DNA of 64,000 bases from Octopus sinensis (Eukaryota). The notes under the pieces were generated by a model. That model searched no databases. It was not told the DNA's origin and was given only the letters and a program-made list of their open reading frames with translations. The DNA is taken from positions 15,128,001-15,192,000 of the forward strand of contig NC_042998.1 of the NCBI RefSeq assembly GCF_006345805.1. Direction: 5' to 3'. Position numbers and translations under genes: made by a program. Position 1 is the first letter of the stretch. Each line of letters opens with the position of its first letter. This document shows positions 54,263 through 64,000 of the stretch, in pieces.

Positions 54263-55520
54263 TACAAGTACATATATATATATATATATGTATTATGTGC
54301 ATGTGTGTGTGTATGCGTGTGTATTTATACATATATATATATATATATATACACACACAAAGACACTGTTCTGTTCTCCTATTCTCCAGATTGAAATTGG
54401 AAAAATATATGCTTGATCGTCAATTCTATGTCTTGAAAGACATTCTGCTTCCATTTACCTCCAGTATCTGATTCCTTCTTATCTCGTCGTACCCATGTTC
54501 TGAGAAACTTTTGAGTCCGCGATGAACTTACAGATCTTGGTCGATTTCGACAGAGAGGTAAATTAGTAAGAAAGACTTTGGTACATTATCTTTTATTTCT
54601 TTGGAATTTGGAGCCCAGTAAGATCGATGCCGTTTATATTCTGTTTGAAATGTTGCAATTCCATACCACCATATATGCCATATGCATGGAGCAGATTCCA
54701 GACAGGCAATGTTCTGCGGAGGTATATCGGATGTGGTGTTTAATGCGATGCCAGATCGGTGGAGGTAGCATGAATACAATAAGGTTGATAGGACGTGGTG
54801 TAACAAGCAAGCTGTATTACCTGAGTGGTGCAGGTACTTCTTCAAGAAGCTGTGGCTGTTTTAATCGTGATAGGAAAAATAGAGAAAAGACAGCACACCA
54901 GTAGGCCACGGACTGGAGTGTTTCGGTAAGCTAATCTTTCCAGCAGTCCTTCTGTGGTTACTGTACAAGATCGTGTGTGTGTACCAGTTGTACCATCGCA
55001 GATGTGGGAGTAATATTTCAATGAATTACAACTTGTACCTTGTGGTGAGCCAAGAACAGCTTTCAGGGATTGACATCTTATGGCCTTGAATAAAAGAATT
55101 AATTTTTAAGAGGCAGTCCTAATTATGATAAAGATGCGCTTTTGCCAGGAGAGATCAATGTAGTTTCAGTTATTTTAGGATATATACTAGGTATCCTTTG
55201 TTTCATTTGGATGCTAAGATATGATTCTAGGGACATTCTAGGGGTTATTTCTGTTACTAGAGTTTTTGTGGCAGTTGCTATTATATAAATACAGAAATAT
55301 AAGAAGTATAGATCAATCTATACTTACGTCTTTCTAGATGCGGTATCAAATGTTGAGTAAATTGAAAACTACGGCTTCCTACAGTGAGTCTATCGTAAAT
55401 CATTCTGACGAAGTCCATCCTTTTTTAATAGGACCTATCGAAGCATTCCTTATGCATATCTTCGACAGGACCCATACGAATTTAACAAAACGGTGCTACT
55501 AAATAATAATAGTAATAATA

Positions 55521-55619
<99 letters not shown>

Positions 55620-55824
55620 GTGGTGGTTTCAAATTTTGCCACAAGTGCAGCCAATTTGGGGGATCGACTCCAGTGTTAAACTGGTTCTTAATTTATCGAC
55701 TCCTAAAGGATGGAAGGCGAAATCGACCTCGGCGGAATTTGAACTCGGAACGTAGCGCCGGACGAAACACCACTAAGCATTTCGTCCAGCGTGCTAACAA
55801 CTCTGGCTAATAATAATAATAATG

Positions 55825-55880
<56 letters not shown>

Positions 55881-55882
<2 letters not shown>

Positions 55883-56397
55883 GGATGCAGTGCCAGGCAG
55901 TGGCTCTCATGGCTTCTGATCTTAACTGATTGGAAGTGTTATCATGTACATTGTTTTGTCTTGGTATAAAAGATGGGCTACAGCAAATATTCTGCTTAAT
56001 ACCACAGATTTGCTTGTCAGTTGCTTGATCATAACTAGTTGAGCATGTCCCTTAGTGGCTGACGATATGTGCATCTCTGATCACGAGCAGAAGTAGTGGG
56101 GGAACATCATAGCCATGTGATGAAAGGAATTCTTTGGAGCTTGAATAATTCACCTCTGGAAACATTGGTGTTTCGTTCAATATCCTTAAACAACTCTTAT
56201 TCAGGGATCTTTTGAGCAGGATGGGCTACCCAACCCGAAGAAAATTCTAACTGGGTTCCACCCGCAATTTCATGCACTGTTATCTTGATATGAGATCACC
56301 ATGTCGCGCACATATGGTTGTGATGAATGTGCCTGGTGTACCCATATCGTATATTTTACCCCAGTGTCACTTTGATGGCATGAACTGCTCTCACTCA
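55881..56397. mobile_element. Second copy of the (AAT)n-embedded ~540-bp repeat (short internal deletion)
   Basis: Homologous to 13622-14160; lacks the CAGACGGGTAGTCATGATGGGTATACTGGG segment. Confidence 0.75.
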
Positions 56398-56665
56398 ATA
56401 ATAATAATAATAATGATGATGATGATGATAATAATAATAATAATGATTTCTACTAGGCACATGGCTTGAATTTTGTGGGGAGGGGAATTGCCAATTAGAT
56501 CGACCCCAATGTTTCACTTGTACTTAATTTATCGACACCGAAAAGTCGACCTCGCCGGAGTTTGAACTCAGAACGTAGCGATGAGCGACATACCACTAAG
56601 CATCTTGTCCCGCGTGCTAATGATTTTGGTAGCTCGCTGCCTGAATAATAATAATAATAATAATA

Positions 56666-56725
<60 letters not shown>

Positions 56726-56742
56726 TAATAATAATAATAATA

Positions 56743-56803
<61 letters not shown>

Positions 56804-57599
56804 AAGAATCATGTTAGATAATGTGCGATAAGCTTATGACAGCGGCGATGATGTGAAACGAGCAAGTGACAATGCCGTCAACCGTTCAATGAATGCATCG
56901 ATTACTTTGCACCTGATGGCTCATGTAGGTGCTGAAACCATTCAACCATGAAGATCTCTAAATTGTCTCATTTTCACATTCAAACTAATTTGTGAAATTT
57001 ATAAATCGGAATTGAAAAAAAAAAAAAATGGAAAGGAGAAAAGAATCGAAAGCTAAAATCAAAATATGAAAAGTAAAATAAAGATAAAAACTAAAATATT
57101 TCAGAGAAATTAAACATTTCTAATTGAACTAAATGCACTGGTTCGGTGATATAGTTCTAATAAATTTAGTGAATCGTAGACTTAGTGATTTAAACGTTGT
57201 TTTGTCTGCACCACGTACCTTCGAGCTAAACGTGACCATATTTCCAGACTTGAGTTGCTTTAAATTAAATTTCCAGTGCATAAGCTATTTTCATATATTC
57301 CTTCTCTATTCCAATACATATGCACTTACAATTTGTTACCGTGCTCAAATACTACTTTTCGTTCTCCATGCAGAGATACAGATCAAAAAGTCTGGTCGGC
57401 AGAAAGTAGATGTAAATTTGATTTAATGAAATCAATCGTAATGCTTTTAATGAATACTGATTAACATTCCAGACAGAAATCTGATTCATTAATTATATTT
57501 CACGTATAGTTTTTGTTATTGTATGTTCTGGGTTCCGATTTTGAAAGTGTAGAACTTACCTATCACGACTCATAGAACGACGCAATACGTACTAGTCAT

Positions 57600-57978
57600 T
57601 GTGGAAGCACTCCGTCGGTTACGACGACGAGGGTTCCGGTTGATCTGAATCAACGGAACAGCCTGCTCGTGAAATTAACGTGTAAGTGGCTGAGCACTCT
57701 ACAGACACGTGCACCCTTAACGTAGTTCTCGGGGATATTCAGCGTGACACAGAGAGCGACAAGGCCGGCCCTTTGAAATACAGGTACAACAGAAACAGGA
57801 AGTAAGAGAAAGTTGTGGTGAAAGAGTACAGCAGGGATCACCACCATCCCCTGCCGGAGCCTCGTGGAGCTTTAGGTGTTTTCGCTCAATAAACACTCAC
57901 AACGCCCGGTCTGGGAATCGAAACCGCGATCCTATGACCGCGAGTCCGCTGCCCTAACCACTGGGCCACTGCGCCTCC
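57600..57978 (-). mobile_element. SINE F3 with 13-bp TSD
   Basis: TSD ACGTACTAGTCAT at 57587-57599 and 57979-57991. Confidence 0.92.
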
Positions 57979-58166
57979 ACGTACTAGTCATACGCTAACA
58001 TAGGTTAGGTTTATTGAAAATAAATCAGATTTATTGTAAACGTTGACGATATTTCATTTCTCCGTTATTATACTCCCGCCTGAAATCTTAATCCCTCCAT
58101 ATCTGGCTTCACAGACAATGACGTGCACAGCTTCTGTTTATTTAGCCGTATGCGTGTGTACAAAGC

Positions 58167-58650
58167 AAGGCAGCTGAGCTGGCAGAAACGTTAGCACGCC
58201 GGGCGAAATGCGTAGCCGTATTACGTCTGTCGGTACGTTTCGAGTTCAAATTCCGCCGAGGTCGACTTTGCGTTTCATCCTATCGGGGTCGATAAATTAA
58301 GTACCTATTTCTTTATTACCCATAAGGGGCTAAACACAGAGAGGACAAACAAGGACAGACATAGGTATTTAGTCGATTACATGGACCCCAGTGCGTAACT
58401 GGTACTTAATTTATCGACCCCGAAAGGATGAAAGGCAAAGTCGACCTCGGCGGAATTTGATCTCACAACGTAACGGCAGACGAAATACCGCTAAGCATTT
58501 CGCCCGGCGTGCTAACGTTTCTGCCAGCTCGCGGCCTTGCACAATAATTAAGTACCAGTTACGCACTGGGGTCGATGTTATCAACGTAATCTCATTGTCT
58601 GTCCTTGTTTGTCCCCTCTGTGTTTAGCCCCTTGTGTGTAGTAAAGAAAT
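58167..58650. mobile_element. SINE F1 (+) interrupted by a full antisense F1 copy (58306-58538)
   Basis: 11-bp TSD AATTAAGTACC at 58295-58305 and 58546-58556. Confidence 0.85.
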
Positions 58651-59302
58651 ATATTTTCAATCATTCAGGCCGACTGGCGATTAAAATTACTGCCGCATTT
58701 CGCGGGGAAAACTAAAAGCTGCTTGGAAGCTAAAAATTTCGAAACGATACACGAAACGTCTTAGATTGTTTTATTAATCAGGCTTGTAAATAGTGAAAGT
58801 ATGAAGGCAATACATTTCTCAAGATACTCAAAAGTTGATGAATTTTCTAAAATGTATATTTATAAAAATCTAAGATGCACAATTTGGCTGCAGGGCAATG
58901 TTTTGGACCACAGCTGTTAATATAACAAGCAAAATGCATACCGCAATTTATATTTATTTTTCCTTCTGGAAATACATCCAAATCCTTTGGAGTTTGGCTT
59001 TGTTTTCCATCCTTTCTCGGGAGAAAAATAAGAAATAAGTACCTAATAACAACGAAATTTGTTAGATTAAGCAGACTTAAGCTTTTAAGAATATTTTAAC
59101 TTGCGCCAACTGAAGTATTTTCAAGAGATTATCAATGATGTGAGAGACGTGTTTCGAAGAACAAAATATATACCCTCGGTAAGCCAAAATGAGAGTGCAG
59201 ATAATTGCCAGTAAAGTCTATTAACCATTATAGAAGCTAACATATTATATTGTGGACGCCCGTACGTTTTGTGTGCTCATGTAAAACAATTGCAAAGCAC
59301 AG

Positions 59303-59714
59303 GGAGCTTTTCGGTTTGAACGGCAGTTTTTTCTAGCGGTGTCATATGAAATTGTCACCCATAATTATGACCCTAGAATCGATCTATTGCATTTCAATCT
59401 GTTTTAGGGCTAGGGTTAGTTAGGGTTAAGGGTGGGGGAAAGGGTATCTTTTTTCTTCAGAAATGTAAATAAATCCAACCTGTTTCTTAAACGAGGAACA
59501 TATTCATACGGCAGAGAATGTTTTCACCGCAATAGACGTATCTGATTGGTTGAAATTGCAGAAATTGAAGAAAAAGAACAATAAATATCTTACAAACTAA
59601 TAAAGCCAAGAGAAAAAAGCTGTATTATAAACACAATCTACCAGTATACGAAGTTTAAATGTTTCGTTACATGGAAAATATGTTAAAAAACTGCCGTTCA
59701 AACCGAAAAGATCC
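59303..59714. mobile_element. MITE with ~30-bp TIRs and 8-bp TSD; Merlin-like by termini
   Basis: TIRs GGAGCTTTTCGGTTTGAACGGCAGTTTTTT / AAAAAACTGCCGTTCAAACCGAAAAGATCC; TSD AAGCACAG at 59295-59302 and 59715-59722. Confidence 0.85.
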
Positions 59715-60065
59715 AAGCACAGTCTTTGGTATCCTTTTTTTCTTCTGGTTTACTTGAGACCATTGAAAGTGCGTCGCTTAGTGGTTAAGGTAATCGGGTC
59801 ATGATCGTAAGGTCGTGAGTTCGGTTCCTGGTTGCACGTTGTGCCTTCAGAAAGACACTTTATTTCACGTTACTCCTGTTCACTCAGCTGGCAAAAATGA
59901 GTTACACCTGAAATTCAAAGGGCCGGCCTTGTCACATTCTGCCACGCTGAATCTCCTTGTTAACTACAGTAAGGGTACGCGTGTCTGTTAATTTCACAAG
60001 CGGGTTGCTCTGTTGTTCGGATCAGCTGTAACGCTTGTCGTCGTAACCGACGGAATGCCACTCAC

Positions 60066-60086
60066 CTGAGACCAACAGTTGCCCAT
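60066..60086 (-). CDS. Speculative first coding exon segment MGNCWSQ (myristoylation/palmitoylation-like N-terminus)
   Basis: GCAATC-ATG-G Kozak-like context; upstream in-frame TGA; ends CAG|GTGAGT; non-repeat GC-richer island. No downstream exon confirmed. Confidence 0.3.
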
Positions 60087-60424
60087 GATTGCACCTGCCG
60101 TCTACGCCTATGATTTTCAAAAAGAAGATAAGCACTGCCTGGAAACTGTCCGTGCAGATATTGCCACGATAATGTATAGAACTGAATAGACTCTGTGTCC
60201 TAATAATTCTACTAATTAACCATCCTGAACTATTGTTCAGTTATCGAATTCAAAATGAAGAAAGGCATAGTTGAACTCAAAAAGCTGAGCAGTGGAGCAA
60301 ATACTTCAAAGCAGTTTATTTTACGCTCTAAGGACACTTTTTTTTTGTAAAGTAATGTCATTGATAGAAGCTCTTCACTTACTTCTTTGTAACTATAGCA
60401 ATAATATGAAATTTGCACATAAGA

Positions 60425-60625
60425 TGGTCGCTGGTAGAACCATAGGGTTAAACTGCTTAGCAGCATTTCATCCGTCTTTACGCTCTGAGTTCAAATTCCG
60501 TCGCATTCGACTCTGTCTTTCTTTCTTCCGGATATCGATAAAAAAAGTACCGTTGAGCAAGGGGGTCGCTGTAATCGCCTTACCCCATCCCCTGATCTTG
60601 CTGGCTTTGTACCAAAATTTGAAGC
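60425..60625 (+). mobile_element. Old F1-related SINE
   Basis: GAGTTCAAATTCCG B-box and tail2 remnants. Confidence 0.65.
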
Positions 60626-62669
60626 CAGTATCTAATTTACACGTAATTCCTTAGCTGTCAGTGTTGACTTAAAAACCGCAAAACATTCTAAGTAAATTAT
60701 ATATTTTTTTCATTTGTTGTGTGGAATGAAAATTGCATATAGACACCGACTTTATTGGATTTCGAAAACAATCTCATTTAGAGCAATTTTATTTAATTTC
60801 AATTAGGAAACTAACCACATTTAAGAAATGTTTAATTAGCAATTCGTTTGTTTTCAAGTGATGTTGTTTTACCTATAAAATATATCATAATAATGGTGCC
60901 ATGGAAAAAGCGGCAGAAATAGTTGAAAATCGAGCTGAAATGTTACCTTACAACTTGAGTTCAAATCATATGAAGACCAGCTTTGTGTTTCCTTAATTGA
61001 GATTTTTAGACGATGAATATTTTTTATATGCTATAGTCGATTCAGTGGGATATACCATGCTGTTGCGCACATCTCTCTGGAAGGGATGAAAAAATGATCA
61101 TACATATGGTCGCAACTTTGTATGAAAAAGCTGTTGTTATGTATCCCAATGTCAGTTATGATTAAGCCACGACACTTTACGTGGTATTTCGACCTTCTGG
61201 AATTTGATGAAGTTTTAATACGCTAGATCAAATGGTTACGGATCTTTATCGAATTTTACTTTACGGTCTCAAATATGTGTTACAAATACTGGAACTCTAA
61301 TAAAAATAATTGTTACCTATTATTTGCCCACTGCTTGTCTTTACATTCAGTAAAAAATTTATAAATTTTAAAATTAAGAGGAATAAATAATCATTCCTCT
61401 CTTAAAATAGTATCAAAAGGTGTTTTAAACATAGGCAGAAATTACTGGTTAATTTTCACTAAGAGCACAAAATTTATTTAATATTTGTGCATTTCTGAAT
61501 TGTATTAACCGTACAATGTTACTAACTGAACATTGAAACTGGTCGCTAACCACCCAGACAATTTTGTAATTCCGTGAATATATGAATTCACATTGGCAGT
61601 TAGAATTTCTGCGACGGTTATTAGTCAGCTAGAAATGACCAAGAAAACAAAAACATTCATTAAAATTTCTTAATTAGTGTAATTATTTTTGGGGTATTGA
61701 TTTAAAAAAAAGTACTTTCATTTTGAATATTTTGATAATTAGTTAAAATATTTTTATTTTGTTATCTATTAAAGCTATAATTAGTCTTTTTTCTGACTAG
61801 ATAATAAAGATTATTTTCCCCTTGGTAATTTCCTAGCCAGGACACATACGCGCCCGCATACGTTATGAACTATTCATATATGCACGCATTTATGTGACCA
61901 TGTACGCATATATTATGAATTTCATCTGAGGAAAAGAAATGCGATCGATCATATATAATTGTCGTTTTTTGCTCGAATGTGTGTCATATGAATAAAACTA
62001 ATACAGTTGAAGCTTAGTGGTTGATGGGGTAAATTGCCAAGGATGTACTTCTATAGAGATTTTTATATGTTAATAAATGGCAATATTAAATTATCCGACT
62101 GTGTATACCGAAAATTTAGGTAATGTTGTGGAAACCTATGATTAACGATATTCCAGCTTTCACATTCCCGTCTATTTTCAGGGTTAAGGCAAGATCCTTC
62201 TCTTTTGTCTCCTCTCTAGATCTTCAAGATATAGAATATGTAATTTGGAAGAAATTTATTCTTCTAGTTACTAAATTTGCGACCACTTACAGGTTACCGT
62301 GTCGAAATATGTATTTAAGGTGGTATACATATGCTGATATAAATTGAAGTGTTAAGGTGAATTTGTTCCATTGTTCTTTCTGCAGTCGGTCGTGTAACCT
62401 TTTGGTTCGTTGGAAAATCAGTAACAGTGTCCTGACTATGGCATAAATCTAAGGTACGTCAGCCTAACAGATATCAAACATGTCCAACCTATTTCATTAC
62501 TCTATAAAACAAACGAAAGACTGTTGATTTATTAAATATTCTATATGCTTATTACGTGAGGTCTTACTTATAAGTAGTAACTATATATTACAGTTCTATA
62601 TTTAAGAGATGAAGAATTATGTACATTATTTACATTTGACGTATATTTGTCCTCATCTTGTTTGCTGTT

Positions 62670-62705
62670 AACACAACGTTTCGGCTCAAGCCTTCATCAG
62701 GTGTC
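62670..62705 (-). ncRNA. Canonical minimal type I hammerhead (Penelope-type end)
   Basis: GACAC-CUGAUGA-A-GGC(UUGA)GCC-GAAAC-GUU|GUGUU; palindromic AACGUU helix III. Confidence 0.75.
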
Positions 62706-62728
62706 TTGGAGGAAATTTCCAATTTCTA

Positions 62729-62794
<66 letters not shown>

Positions 62795-62798
<4 letters not shown>

Positions 62799-64000
62799 TA
62801 GTTTTATTTTTATAGCGTGCTTTCACTTCACTACCGAGCGCAGCTCTGTGTGCCTTGGGTATGTGCTGTGATTTGTTGTGATGCTCTGATGGTTATTGTA
62901 TGGAAAGTGTTCTGCGTAGGATGTGTGCAGTGCCTAGTAGTGCAATTTTCTGTATGTTATATGTATTTGTAAGTCCTGGTGTTTTTGTTATGTATTTGTC
63001 TGAATATTTTTTTATCATGCCTAATGCACCTACTATGATAGGAATTGTTTCTGTTTTCAGGTTCCACATTCTAGTTATCTCTATTTCCAGGTCTTTGTAT
63101 TTTGAGAGTTTCTCCATTTCTTTTAGAGACACGTTGTCATCTGCCGGTATTGATACATCAATTAGAAAGCATTTTTTTTCTTCATGATCTCTGACAACTA
63201 TATCTGGTCTGTTGGCCTAAATTTCTCTATCTGTGTGTATCGGCATATCCCAGAGTATGGTTGCTTTCTCGTTTTCTGTGACCTTTTCTGGTGTGTGCCT
63301 ATACCATCTTTTTTCTGTTGTTATTCCATAATGTTGGCATAGCTTCCAATGTATGTAGGTTCCAACTCTGTCATGTCTGTGAATATATTCCTTCTTAGCC
63401 AGGACTGGGCAGCTAGAGATAATATGATTTATTGTTTCTTGTCCATCCCCACATATTCTGCAGTTACTTGTAATATTTCTTTTCATTACATGTTTTTGGT
63501 AATTTCTGGTGGGGAGGCTTTGGTCTTGTGCTGCAATTAAAAATCCCTCTGTTTCTGCTTTGAGTCCTGAGCTTCTCAACCATTGCTGGGATTTTTCTTT
63601 GCCTATTTCTTTTGCGTTTAGTTTAGTCCAGTATTTACCATGAAGGGACTTTTCTTGCCATCGTTTTATCATGGCTCGTTGCTGTTCTATTTTTAGTTTG
63701 GATTTCATTTGTTTTATAGCTTTTGTTGTTTCTTCATCATCATCTTCTTCTTCTTTGTGTTTATTAGGTGGTATGATTTCTTGTTTGTATTTGTCAGCTT
63801 CCTTAAATACTGAGAACAGTTTTTTGTTTTGCTCGTGTTTTGCTGCTATCTGGATCAGTTATCCTTCCTTCTGAAGTAGGTATTTTTGCAGTCCTATGGT
63901 GGTTATTTTATAGTAGTTTTCCAGCTGTATAAGGCCTCTACCACCTTCTATACGTTGTATATATAGTCTTTCTATGTCAGATTTTGGGTGATGCATCCTA
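62795..64000 (-). mobile_element. Dong/R4-type LINE 3' region (continues beyond the window); frame intact except two nonsense codons
   Basis: HPKSDIERLYIQRIEGGRGLIQLE; AAQDQ; CRIC..ETINHIISSC; RHD; EI*ANRPDIVV..LIDVSIP..KY; in-frame TAA near 63860 and TAG near 63218; ends CTACTG(AAT)n. Confidence 0.92.

Noticed and set aside
55405-55445. CTGACGAAGTCC...GGAC motif
   Set aside because: The stem is not followed by GAAA, so the core is incomplete.
57556-58010. ATAG|gtaagt donor with a CTAAC-like branch point on the minus strand
   Set aside because: The reconstructed exon has stops in all frames and is split by a SINE.

Overview
Repeat-saturated, AT-rich metazoan intronic/intergenic DNA. The SINE, Dong/R4 and Helitron repertoire and the microsatellite load point to an octopod (Octopus-like) genome; this is an inference, no search was run. 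I recognise no complete host gene or RNA gene. Nearly all ORFs in the supplied track are microsatellite or TE artefacts; one speculative coding exon (MGNCWSQ, minus strand, 60066-60086) is noted. Contents: dozens of tRNA-derived SINEs of about four modular families; fragments of several Dong/R4-type (REL endonuclease) LINEs, mostly embedded in (AAT)n; a Tx1/L1-like ORF2 relic; two mariner relics and a mariner MITE; a Merlin-like MITE; five non-autonomous Helitron copies; and one 100-N gap. The most notable signal is a set of short elements sitting in simple-repeat tracts that carry type I hammerhead ribozyme motifs (Penelope-pLTR or retrozyme-like). Two look intact at 850-908 and 1074-1179, each at the tip of a long stem. 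One canonical minimal motif lies at 62670-62705. A ~706-bp tandem dimer at 44.3-45.7 kb has hammerhead-like motifs in both polarities. Also notable: a Dong LINE with a twin-priming-like 5' inversion, SINE multimers with a fixed palindromic junction, and an inverted duplication of a Helitron end plus its flank.
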